DNA of 64,000 nt from Mobula hypostoma (lineage: Eukaryota). The stretch spans positions 196,914,001 to 196,978,000 of the forward strand of contig NC_086097.1 in NCBI RefSeq assembly GCF_963921235.1, given 5' to 3'. Shown in pieces: positions 9,875-21,899 of the stretch. The notes under the pieces were generated by a model, which was not told the DNA's origin, searched no databases, and worked only from the letters and a program-made list of their open reading frames with translations. How positions within the stretch are numbered: position 1 is the stretch's first letter; every line of letters begins with the position of its first letter. The position numbers and the translations under genes are program-made.

Positions 9875-11850
9875 GTATAGAGTTAAACTGTACAACAGAT
9901 ACAGGCCCTTTGGTCCAATAAGTCCATGCTCACCATGGCACACACTCAGTTAGTCCGATTTCCTGCACTCAACTCATATCCCTCTAAGCCCAACCCTTGC
10001 CTGTACCTATCCATGCTTCTTAAATGATACTTCTGTAGCAGCCTCAAACACATTTCCTGACAACTCGTTCTATATGCTTACCACCCTCTGCATGAAGAAA
10101 TTGCCTCATAGGCCTCTTTTGCATCTTTTTCCTCCTACTCTAAATTTGTGCATTCTTATTTTTGTCTCCCCTACTCTGGGGAAATGTCTGGTACATTTCT
10201 ATAAAGTTGCCCCTTATTCTCTTGTGTTCTAAAGAATAATGACTGAGCCTGGTCAACCTCTCTCTATGACTCAGACCCTATAGTCCTGCACTGATTCCAG
10301 TTTAAGCAATCTTTCCTATAACAACATCATCAAAACTGTAGACAGTACTCCCAAGTGCATCCTCATTAGTGACTTGTAGAACTGCAATATGTTGTCTCAC
10401 CTGTTCTACTCAGTGCCCTGACTGAAAACCAACATACTAAATGCCACTTTCACCGCCTTGCTTACCTGTGACACCAGTTTCAACAATTGTACACTGAAGT
10501 GCGTCTGTTGCATTACACTGCTTTGTGTCCTACCATTCATTGTACAAGTCTTATACTAATTTGACTTTCACCTCACATTAATCTGTATTGCAATCCATTT
10601 GGCACTCCTCAGCCCACTTCCTTAACTGATTAAGGTCCCCCTGTAATCTACAATAATCATCTTCAGTAGCAATAATACCAATTTTGTGTCATTTGGAAAC
10701 TTACTGATCAAGCCTTGTGCATTTGCAACCAAATCAAGTAATAAGGGTGCCAACACCAATCCCTGTGGTTCACAACTGGTCACCAGCCTCCATTCTGAGA
10801 AGCAAGCTTCACCCACCATCATCTGATTCCTACCTCCAAGCCTTGGATTTCATAGGACTTAACATTCCAGGCAAGCCTGCCATGTGGGACCTTGTTGAAG
10901 GCCCTGCTAAAGTCAAATAGACTATCCATTGCCCTCCCTCATCTGCTTTTTCCTTTTTAAAAAAGAAACTCTAGCTCTGTCTAGCATGACTTCCCATGCA
11001 CAAAACCATCTAATCAAACAGTCTATCCAAATGTTGGTAGATCCTGTCCCTCAGAATTCCATCTAATAACTTTCCCACTGCTGATATCAGGCTGATAGGT
11101 CCGTAGTTTGCTGTCTTGTCCTTGCTACTCTGTTTATAAAACAGAATAATTTTACTGTCTTTGGGAACGTCACAAGTGGCTAGCAGTAAAGCAAATATCT
11201 TTGCAAGGGCCTCCGTAATTTCCTCTCTCACCTGTCACAGGTCCAAGGATGCACTTGGGGGTTTATCCACCTTAACATGCTGTAAAGCTGCAAATAGCTT
11301 CTCCCTGTTAATGTGTATGTCTTTCAAAACATCACCTCTTGTTTTCTCTCTTGAGCAACGATTGTTTTCTCAGTAAGCGCTGAGGAGAAATATTTATAAA
11401 AATTGCACCTATCTCCTGCAGTTCAGGACAAAGGCAGACCTGCTGATCTCCAAGGGGACGTACTGTCTTCCTAGCCAACCTTTTATACTTATTATAGCTG
11501 TTCAGCCTTCTGGGATTTTCCTTAACCTTATCTGCCACATTTTATACATTACCCTGCTGACGTCCCTCTTAAGTGTGCTCTTAATCTTTCTATAACGTTC
11601 AAGAGATTTGCTCATCCTTGACCTCCTTAAGACCATGTTTGCTTTCATTTTACCAGAGACGCAATACCTCTCATCAATCAAGATTCCCTAACCTTGCCAT
11701 GTTTACCGTTCAGCCTAACGGGAATGTGCTGCTACTGGACACATGATGTCGCACTCGCAAAAACCTTCCACTTGCCATTTATTCTTTTCCCTTCATAGAA
11801 GCTCACCCACTTGACCCCTGGAAAGATCCAAGTTACTATTGAAGTGATAT
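9875..11850 (-). mobile_element. Degenerate CR1 LINE
   Basis: ORF remnants EPQGLVLAPLL...ISKFPNDTK, ANYGPISLISAVGKLLDGILRDRIY and KVKENPRR. Confidence 0.85.
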
Positions 11851-11982
11851 TAACATTTATAGTTCGTGCACTTTTTTAATAATTTCCCTGTAGATTTGTT
11901 CCTCTGTACATAATTCACTATTTGATGACAAATGTAATCTCCAAGAAGATTGATAGCTTTCCCCCTCTTACTTGTTTTTTTT

Positions 11983-12076
11983 TCTCTATCTCCCATCTCT
12001 ATCTCCCATCTCTATCTCTCTCCCTCTCTATCTCTCTCCCTCTCTCTCTCTCTATCTATCTATCTATATATATATA
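11983..12076. repeat. Compound CT/CTAT/TA microsatellite
   Basis: Directly visible low-complexity run. Confidence 0.9.
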
Positions 12077-13581
12077 ACTTTTGAAAACTACAGCATGACT
12101 CATTTAGTTTTCTTCCCTTTTCTGTTACTGGTATCCCAGTATTTTGTACCCACATCGTTTTTTTTCTTTTGAAACATTGTTTCTGTTATGGCCAATATGT
12201 CAAATTCCACACTGCTACTAATGCATCTTTCTGCATTTGTATGCATTCAAGCCAGCTTGTTGTATTCATTCTGGTCTCTAATTTTTTTTCCAATTTATGA
12301 CTCCATTTTGCCTCGAACACTCACACTGCTTTGTGTACCTGTTCTTTTGTTCTGCTCTATGCTGATACCCTTTCCATGGACAGACTGACAAAACACCTTG
12401 GCACTAGTCACCTCTCTGTCAGGGCAAGGTCCCTCAGACTACAACTGGCCAAAGTGCCCCAAGTCTGAGGACTCCTTGTACATTTTTTTTTGCTGTGCAG
12501 AAATCTCCATGTTCCCATTTCTATTCTCTTGCATGTGTCACTGGCATAGTTCAAAGAAGAGCACTTTAATGGTCATGTACTTTCTCTCTCTTCGTAGCTG
12601 CTGATTCTGACCATAGTATCTCAGTCTTTTCCTCTCTCATCATCGGCTCTGATGTGATCTGTGAGTTCAGGCTCCTCCTCTTGCTGTCACCAACAACACC
12701 AGCTCTTCAATCCGTTTGGAATATTCTCCACTCTCTTATTGATATCTTTTATCTTAACAATAGGGAGGGAAACATTCTGCTGATATTGATAGTTCTGAAA
12801 AAGACCTGTCAGCTCCTCTGATTAGGGAACTGCCTACAGCAGCAGCAATTTCAATTTCCTTTTTGTCTTTGTGTACTTTTTTGCCTCTGGGTTGCACTCC
12901 TTCAGACACTTTTCACCTCACTCCTTCAGTCTCTGATGAACAACAATTTTGATAAAAAACAACATGCCCTGACAATATTTTTCCTACCCTTTCAGAAAGT
13001 TACTCAGGTCCAATCCTGCAGAGTATTCATCTTTGGAAAGTACAATCCAGAAAACCTCACCTTAATTTTCTGCTCTTCCCGTTCTGATCAAATTCCTGAA
13101 TATTGTAATGTTTAACTCTGCACTTACTTGCTTTAACATTTTTTTAATGAATACCAGAGCTTCATCTCTTTCCCCATTTCACTGAATTTCCCTGGTTTCC
13201 AATTCCTGACCTTGGCACTCTGTTGAACCAATGCCCTCGCTCTGTACTTGATCATGAATGTTACAAAGACTATAAGGAAACTTGGCTGAGTTTCTTTGAA
13301 CAAGATGGTGAATATCTTGCAAATAATGAAATCGAGACCTTCTATCCTTTTACTACACTACATTAAGAATTCTGGAGCTAAAAGTTCAATAGCCTTACCT
13401 TTGTTTTTATACTTTAAGGGCAGAAATAGAACTATTGCTCACCTCCAGAAGTCTCTCCACCCTGCAAAGCATGACTTCCTTGCTCTGATCAGCCAAAATT
13501 GAGCCAATGTAGTTTTCAGGCCATATACTGAATCTTTTATTAGAAAAATTATACCTATTCTATTTTGTTTTTGTCCACTAG

Positions 13582-13747
13582 GGATTCAGTATCTTCACAA
13601 CTGGATTTAACCATAACTAAAGCAGATTCTGAGCAGCTAGCTCGAGCTATAGCAGAGGATCAATGTTATGAACTTAACCAGGAACTGAAAAAAACAGTGG
13701 CACGACACAAGCAAGAGCAAATAGAGAAGGATAACACCATTAGCTCA
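13582..13747 (+). CDS. ROCK1: ROCK1 exon, coiled coil
   Basis: ccactAG|G GAT TCA...AGC TCA|gtaagt; (R)DSVSSQLDLTITKADSEQLARAIAEDQCYELNQELKKTVARHKQEQIEKDNTISS; 166 nt, phase fits the previous exon. Confidence 0.96.
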
Positions 13748-13869
13748 GTAAGTTTGGGTGTTTTACACTCCCTAACTCAAATATACTTAAATTTTAATTT
13801 TACGCTTCAAGTAATATTTAGCATTGTATTTGTTCTGTTATAATAGCGTATATATTCATTTCTGTTTAG

Positions 13870-13963
13870 CTGGAGGAGTCAAATAGAACCCTAACCAAAG
13901 ATGTAGAAAATCTATCCAAAGAAAAAACAGAGCTTGATGAAAAACTGAGGTCAATAGGAGAAG
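13870..13963 (+). CDS. ROCK1: ROCK1 exon, start of Rho-binding region
   Basis: tgtttAG|CTG GAG...GAA G|gtatgg; LEESNRTLTKDVENLSKEKTELDEKLRSIGE; 94 nt. Confidence 0.95.
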
Positions 13964-14556
13964 GTATGGAATGAACTTGACCTTATTATAATGCTTATTG
14001 TTTAATATTGATCAATAAAACTTCTATAGTTTTATTGTTTTATTGTAGTGGTTTAAATCTTTACAGCAATTGCTGGAATTCTGGAATTGAGGACTTAGTT
14101 TCTTATCATGAGTTTTTAGTGGCTCCTTCTGGAAAGCACATGCTTTAAAACCCTGATAATCTGCTTTCTGACCATTCAAAAATCCCAGTCACATCTCAGT
14201 CCTATCTGGCCCATTTGGTAATGTATGCTGTACTCAGATTTACGAGCTAGGGCCCTGGATCCCACTTTCCCTTTTCAACCACTAGTGACATAGTATATGT
14301 GCTCCTTTTCCACGTACTTAATTCATTCTTACACAGTGTAACATCTTTATCAAAAAAGTTAATTAAAAATTGTGAAAATCCAATTGCCTGGAAAATCTGC
14401 CAATACAGAACCATCCTGATCTTTCTAGGTTATCAGTGTTAACTGTATAAGCATTTCAGCAAGTGTTTTCTGGTGGCCCATTGGGCTGCATTATCAACTC
14501 AGACTTAAGTGAGCTACTAAAAGTATTCACACAGCTTTCATTTTCAGATTCTAACA

Positions 14557-15426
14557 TGGTTCAAAGTACATTGATTATCAAAGTACATATATATTATACA
14601 GCCTCGAGATTCATCTCCTTACAGGCAGCCACAAAACAAAGAAACCCAGTAGAACCCATTTTTTAAAAAACCATCAAACATCCAATGTGCAGTGAGGGGG
14701 GGAAAAACAAATCATGCAAACAATAAAAGTAAGCAAATAGCATTCAGAACTGAAGTTCACAAAAGTGAATCCACATCCATGAAGCCAGCCACAGCTGATT
14801 CAGAAGCCCATTAGTTTCAGGCCACAGCCTCGGTACAGTGCAGAAACCTTGTGAAGCAGTGAGCTGAATCCGCTCATCTCTCACCTCCTGTCCTGACACC
14901 TTGACCTTTTCAATCTGGCCCAGTGCTTAAATCATCGATCCTTACTTTCAGACCCGGGATCTGTTGCTTTGATACTCTCTCATGCCCAGGCCCCACTGCC
15001 TTGATTTGGCCCATACCTGACCTTTCCAATTCAGTCTGCCACGAAAATCAATCAAACCTTGGGTCTTTCCTCACTCTGGGTCCTGAGCACTGCCTTGACT
15101 CTGGCTCACCTTGGTTCTGCCATATTGAATCGCCTCCGTCCATTCCAGCAATGACCAAACATTGGCTTATTCTCCTCTCTCGTATACGGGCCAAACCACC
15201 TCGATTTGGCCCGTGCAAACTAACACCGTAACTGTCCTGCACTTACAAGACTTCACACCGCAAAAATGGCAGGTCATACAGGTGATTCTAAAGCTCATCT
15301 CCAAAAGGGAAGTTACAGGCTAGTGATCACTTCCCAGAGAAGATGTGATTAATAAAGTAGTCACTATTTTCGTTTGTTTTGTTTGCCACCAGCAAGTAAT
15401 TGCTAAGCTTCAGCACTGTCTTAACC
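14557..15426 (-). mobile_element. Non-coding interspersed repeat with a Rex1-like tail
   Basis: Begins ggttcaaagtacattgattatcaaagta on +, like the element at 1764; no credible ORF. Confidence 0.5.
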
Positions 15427-15649
15427 CATTTGGTGTCTGACAATACGCAATACACAGAGAAATTGTGTAAAAGGTCTGGTTCAAAAATACTTCAAACACT
15501 TGTACATCAAAAATACTTAAAATCTAAAGCTTTGAGAAACTAGTTTTACGGTAAAAGCAGTATCATCAGGCTTTACTTTGAACTTTAGAGTTATGTTATT
15601 TAAATTCTAATCCTTAAGTCTATATTAATACTCATTCTGTTGAAAATAA

Positions 15650-15650
<1 letters not shown>

Positions 15651-15715
<65 letters not shown>
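15651..15715. repeat. Self-complementary microsatellite (TG)13(TA)4T(CA)15
   Basis: Counted directly from the sequence. Confidence 0.95.
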
Positions 15716-15718
<3 letters not shown>

Positions 15719-16199
15719 GCATACACTGTATGTGTGTTTATTTATTTATTTAATTCATTGACCTACCCTAGTGTCCATTCACAACTGTGGTCAAACCTGC
15801 TTTCAGATCTTCTACAGAACCAGTAGTAAATGTCTGTTGGACATGCAATTACTTAATTTACTCTGTTATCATCTGGTAGAAATGCAGAAAGAAAGTGTTA
15901 AGCTGGTCTAAGAACTATCACCTAGAAAAAAAAGAGAAATAGAAATACAAAATGTTCAAAAGATCTCAAATTCTGATGATCACCTGACAAAAGTCTGAGC
16001 AACAATTAAAAAGTGACTGATGCAGAGGACAGTTCAAATTTGAGTGCAGTTCAGAGCAAGGAGAAAAAAAAGACTATATTTGAATTGTTTAACAAAAGTT
16101 TGCTTTGGTGTTGTAGATATATATTTCTCTTGCCTTGTTCAAATAAATACATTCATTAACACTGAGCACTCATGGTATTTTGAATAAACATTCTTTCAG

Positions 16200-16285
16200 A
16201 TTTACAAAAGAAGAAGGAAGAAGAATTGAATATGAAAAGCAACTATGAAAAAATGATTAATCAAGAACGTACACTGAAAACACAA
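16200..16285 (+). CDS. ROCK1: ROCK1 exon, Rho-binding region
   Basis: ctttcAG|AT TTA...ACA CAA|gtaagt; (D)LQKKKEEELNMKSNYEKMINQERTLKTQ; 86 nt. Confidence 0.96.
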
Positions 16286-16402
16286 GTAAGTGTTTTTTTT
16301 TTAATTATCATTTTCCAACCCAGAAATAGTCATGCTGTACTAGAGTTTTCTAATACCTTTAACTGATTTTGTCTTAAATTTACAATTGTTTGCATCCATT
16401 AG

Positions 16403-16591
16403 GCTGTCAATAAACTTGCTGAAATTATGAACCGGAAAGATATAAAAGTGGATCGGAAGAAAGCAAATACATCAGATGTCCGGAAAAAAGAAAAGGAAAA
16501 CAAAAAATTGCAACTGGAATTGAACCAGGAAAAAGAGAAATACAGTCAGATGGTTGTGAAGTATCAAAAGGATTTAAATGAAATGCAAGCA
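16403..16591 (+). CDS. ROCK1: ROCK1 exon, end of Rho-binding region and coiled coil
   Basis: ccattAG|GCT GTC AAT...CAA GCA|gtaaga; AVNKLAEIMNRKDIKVDRKKANTSDVRKKEKENKKLQLELNQEKEKYSQMVVKYQKDLNEMQA; 189 nt. Confidence 0.97.
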
Positions 16592-17399
16592 GTAAGAAAA
16601 TCTTAAATGTAAATTCTAACTGTCAATTGTCTTAGTACTAGAAGTCTGCTTGGGTATAAAACAAATCTAAGCACAACCTGAACACAAACAGATTATGACC
16701 GTTCTGAACTTGACTCAACCTTGGAAGACTGACCTAAGCCCAAGTGCTTACAACTTTCTTCCATATCCATCTTAACCTGGCCATCACTGCATATATCACA
16801 ACGTTGAATATGTTACAGATCTTTTTGATGATGATGCACCAGAATATGTTTCAAGAATGGAGGGCACAATAAACAAACCATCCTCATCAAGATAATTGGT
16901 TCAGCACAGCACAGCCTGATTCATCCCAAATCTGAATCTTTTAAATGTACATCTGATTCCACCCTGTCTCAATGGGCCCTTGTAGGTATATAATCTATAA
17001 AGCAGTTTTGTGAAGCACATGTCTAAACATTTCTGTTATAAATTCTTACATAGATATTGTAGGCTTCCATTTACTGACTCACAACTGTACTTTTCAACTG
17101 GGTAGGACATGTTGATACAGCATTAGCACATTTCTATGAAGAAACAAATGAATTTTACAAAACTAAACATACAAAATGTGTAGTTTAACAATGGGACCTT
17201 AATCCAGATTGACCACTTCTGAATATGCAATTAAGATAGCTGGATATATAGAAATGTTGATTGCTGATAATACTATTTTCATATGCTGTAGATTGCAGCA
17301 AATTTACCAAAAAAAAACAGAAAAGGCTGCCAATTTTCCCCCTTCCAATGCAATTAGTCATAGCAACCAGTTTTTTTCTATTAAAAAATAACCCTTCAT

Positions 17400-18930
17400 G
17401 GACTTGTATGTTTGAAAGTAAGGCAGTAAAAGCAGTGTTTACCATTTGAGGGAATCAGGTGTGATATTATATAGATTTTTATGATTTATATGCAAGTGAG
17501 GGTAAATGGTATTTTTCCCAAGGTGGAAATGTCATTCTGGATGGCTTAGTGTTAAAGTGGGGGAATGGCATATTTTGAAAGGAATTTGAGGCAAGTTTTT
17601 TTAGGAGTGGTAGTTATATGGAATGCATTGCCGGGGAAGTGGTGAAAGCAAGCAGAACAGCAAAGTTTAAGAGACACATAAACAGTTACATGAACTGGCA
17701 GGAAATGGAAAAATATAGAGCACAAGATACAGGAGTAGAATTAGGCCATTCGGCCCATTAACTCAGCTCTGCCATTTTAATCATGACTAATTTTTATTAA
17801 CCCCATTCTCTCATCTCCCCCTAATCCTTAACACCCTCCTATCAAGAACCTTTAAATCTCTGCTTTAAAAACATACAATGACTTGGTCTCCACAGCTCTG
17901 TGGCAACAAATTCCATAGATTCATAATCTTTTGGCTGAAGAAATTTCTCCTCATCTCAGTTTTAAAGCAAAGTCCCTTTATTTTGAGGCTGTGCCCTCAG
18001 ATCCTAGACTCTACTACCAATGGAAATACCATCTTCCTGTCCATTCTATTCAGTCTTTTAAAATCCATACTGTAGAACTTATGCAGGCAGTGGGATTAGC
18101 TTCTGTTGGTGTTGTGGTTAACATAGACACCGTAATGGCGTAAACTGAAGGGCTTGCTGTGCTGTGCTGCCCTGTCCTATGATTTGTGTATCCTTGTCAA
18201 CCTTTTGAATAGTGGGACATCTAAAAGAGTGAATCATAGTTGCATAGACATGCGTAGCACAAAAAAGGACTCTTTTAGTCCACTTTGTTAATGCTGACTG
18301 TGATTCCTATCTGTGCTATATCCCTCTGCACATTTCCTATCTCATACTCTGGTCACTTAAATTTTGCAGTTTCTCACTGGAAAAGTGACCACTCAGATCT
18401 CCTCTAAATTTCGCTTTAAACCTGTGCCCTTTACTTCTAAACTCATGTGCCCTAGGATAAAGATTCTGGCTATGCATACTATGTCTCCATAAAGCTGTTT
18501 AAGGTTAACCCTAAGTCTCCTACATTCCAAGTTTAAACCCAACCTATTCAACCTATACTTTTAACTTCAGCCCTCCATTGCAGGCAACATCTGGTGTGCC
18601 TCTTTTGCATGCTCTCTGTTGTTACCAGATCACTCCTGCAGTTTTATGCGACTGCAGCAAGTTATCCCGAGTCTAGACTCGATGACTAGGCCTATGATGG
18701 CAAGTATACAAAGTGCTTTTATTTTCTCTATCACATCTATCTGTGTTGCCACTTTTGAGAGCTGTGGACTTGCACCACACATTTTCTCTGTACATCAAAG
18801 CTTGTTAAGTCCCTGCCAATTACTCATAATGTGCCACCAGTGTTTGACCTCAAAGTGCATTACCTTATACTTTTGTGGAATAAGTTCCACATACCACTGC
18901 TCCGTCCAACTTTCTAGTTGATCTCGGTGG
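17400..18930. mobile_element. Cluster of degenerate CR1 3' ends (one +, two -; nested)
   Basis: + copy ~17400-17720 resumes at ~18075-18185; - tails start at ~17720 and ~18240. Confidence 0.65.
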
Positions 18931-19076
18931 TCTATCCACTTGCCTATCTATGACTTCATCAATTTTTTTTACAAACACGTAAGATGTATGTTATAGGAGC
19001 AACTGTAGCTTTTTTATTATCAGGACATGTCTATTTTTTTCCCTTGCATTTTGACTATCTTCCTTGAATTTTACAG

Positions 19077-19242
19077 CAATTAGCAGAGGAATGTAACCTT
19101 CGCACAGAGATGCAAATGCAGCTTGATAGTAAGGACAGCGATATTGAACAGCTTCGTTCTAAACTTCAGGATCTCCAGCTTCGTATGGATAATACAAGTG
19201 TTGCCAGCTTGCATTCTGAAGATTCTGACGGAAGTGTAGCTG
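19077..19242 (+). CDS. ROCK1: ROCK1 exon, coiled-coil end and linker to PH domain
   Basis: ttacAG|CAA TTA...GCT G|gtaaga; QLAEECNLRTEMQMQLDSKDSDIEQLRSKLQDLQLRMDNTSVASLHSEDSDGSVA; 166 nt. Confidence 0.96.
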
Positions 19243-21039
19243 GTAAGATTAACTAAAACTGACCCAGTTTGCTTTAGGACAAGGTCCTTTTTCTAGGTGT
19301 TCACAGAAGAGGCTCACAACTGCACTATCTTCAAATTGAAGTATCTTTTCACCATGTTGAAAACTGCTGTGGTATTTATCAAGGTCTAGTCCCTGTCTGG
19401 AGTTTTCCTGGGACTTGAGGGTTGTGCATGTCTGTAATTTTTTGTTACTATTGATCTTAGCCAACTGCTTCCCCAATCAGAATTTGCTGTCCAAGACTTT
19501 CTCAATGGATTTCCTCTCTCTTTAATGTGAGAAGAGAAAATCTTTGTGTGTGTTTACACAATCAGTATTTATTCTGACTTGCCGTAAGGTAGAATATGCA
19601 TAATTCTAATCTTAACCCCTATTAAGCACGCTTTTATATGAAATTTCTAGGCCAGATTCTTTTATATGATTTATCGTAAGTTAACCTGTTGAGCTGACCA
19701 GGTTCAGAGAAAGTAATTAGTGCACTGAATTGGTACACAGCCCTTTTTCCCTGGCCACAGTTTCTGTTGAGATTTGGTTACTGTGAGAAATTTGTGAGAA
19801 TTTATTTTTTAACAGAGCTTGATAGTATCAAAGAAAAAACACGAGCTTTGATTTGGCATTTGTGATCTTCTTTGATGTCAAAAGGCTGATTGTACAAGTG
19901 GGGAAAAAACATTGTGGCAGATAAATGGAGCTTATTTCTAAATTTAAAAGATGTGACTTGGCCAAGAAGGAGTGAGCTTTAGTCTGTGACTCTCAGTGCC
20001 AAATTCCACAGGAAAAAATGTGCAGAGCTATTTTTTTGTGCATTCAGAACTGAAAATCTTTTTGGTTCTAGAATTACAGTACTTGTGATTTCAAATGTAC
20101 ATCTTACACTGACATCTACCCAGACTGGTATCGAGCTGCAAATGTACTTCATTATCAGATTTAACATTCATCAAAATGATACTTAAGGGACAAAAATACA
20201 GACAGTATTGTGGCATACTTTTAAAAAAACATACTACCATGTTCAAGTAAGTCTATCTTATGAAAGTGTCTTTTGCTCTTTGTGTCTAGTTGGGTGGTCC
20301 TCTTACAGCACATGCCTTATCTTTCTCCAGTGAGTAATTGAAAGCCTTGTTCTATTCTGCACTTTCTGCTTGCTAGCTGGCATTTGAAACTTGACTCCAT
20401 CTCTATTGGATTAAGTTGCTTTCTGATGTTTAAGGGACAGCATTCTTTTTATCTACATACATGGATGAATTGCAAAATTAGTCATGTGAATAGTTTAACA
20501 TTATTAATTTAAAAGAAACTTTAAGATGCAATAAGCTGCTATTAGTATTTAATTTGTCATAGTTTTGAATTGACCATTCAAGGTTGCAAATTTAGAAATT
20601 TAGCTGAGGTTAATTCCCATCAAGTGCATGGTCATTTACAGAGTTATGCATAATGAGTGCTCCAACTATCAATAAATTTTAGCTGTTTTATTATACATCA
20701 TTAATATTATTTCTTTATGAGGCATTATAAAACAAAATTGGAACTTGCGTAGCTTTGCAATTGAATTTTGGAGTTTCCTGTAAAATGATATATTGGATTA
20801 GGGTGCAATGCAGTTTTCTGACCGTTTGGGATAAAAGATACTGTCTTTTAAACAAGTAAAATGCCAGATTTTAAAAACTATAAAAACTGAATGCAGCTTA
20901 GCATGTTATCTGAACTACTGTGGTTACATGACCTTTTTGCTACCCCGTTGCGTGTAGTTTGACTGTTTTAATATGATCCTAATTGTGCAATATTTTGGAC
21001 AATCTCAAATGAATCGTTATTATGCAAGAGCATAATAGA

Positions 21040-21240
21040 AGCTTAAACTCCTGGAAGTACTCGCCAGGTCACTGTGCTCTCTGGGAAGAGGAAAAGAGTT
21101 AACGTTTCTGTTGAAGAACAGTTCTGATAAAGGGTCTTCAAATGGAACACTAACTCTGCGTCTCTTCTCACAGATGTGGCTCAATTTGTTGAGAATTTCC
21201 AGCATGTTCCGTTGTTATTTTAGATTTCCAGTTTGCAAGA
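21040..21240. mobile_element. Palindromic Penelope-terminal-repeat derivative (two inverted terminal copies)
   Basis: ctggaagtactcgccaggtca... followed by its degenerate inverse gaatttccagcat; decayed hammerhead motif at 21119-21155. Confidence 0.6.
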
Positions 21241-21899
21241 ACTAATAGGCATTGAAAAAAAAAATTATTGTGGGTGTCTAAATCCACAGGAAGCATGCCC
21301 AGGCCTGTTTTACAGCAGCTCTCATGATCGTCCTGCGCCTTTTTGAAATCAAATTCCATGTCCAACGTCCAGATGAGAATAAATTGCAGTCTCCTAAACA
21401 TTAGGAGTAGACAGCCGTAATATCCCATGCCATCAAAGTGGCTTGTCACTAATTCCAAGTTCATCCAACCAATCTCTTTGTTGAATGAGTGCTAGCATGT
21501 TTTGGTTTATCCCAGCCTGATTGCCTGCATCCACTAGACCCATTATATATCTCCATCCATATCTCAGTTTATTTGCTGCTGAAACCTTCATACCAGTTCC
21601 TTTAATTTATGTGATCTTTCAACGGACTTCATATCTATTATCCTCTATAAATGAATTCATTTAAAGCTCTGCTGCATTTATTAAAACCTTGCATTATTTC
21701 TAAGCATGCTGACCTACCTCGTCCTCTGACAGATATGGAGATATGATGGAGAGTAAAAAATAATTAGGACCACCTAAGCCTACCAACCAAAAGCCAATTC
21801 ATCACTTTTTTTTATTTTGTTTTTTGAGTGTGAAGGATTATCTAACTTAAATATTTTAAGTATACCTGATTAATGAGTAACTAATAGGAAGTGCAAGTG

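Noticed and set aside
20290..20333. Possible cassette/poison exon (pyrimidine tract-TAG...CA|gtgagt), in the intron where I recall ROCK2 has a muscle-specific exon
   Set aside because: It is 40-44 nt, frameshifting or stop-containing, with no similarity to that exon; such motifs arise by chance and there is no transcript evidence.
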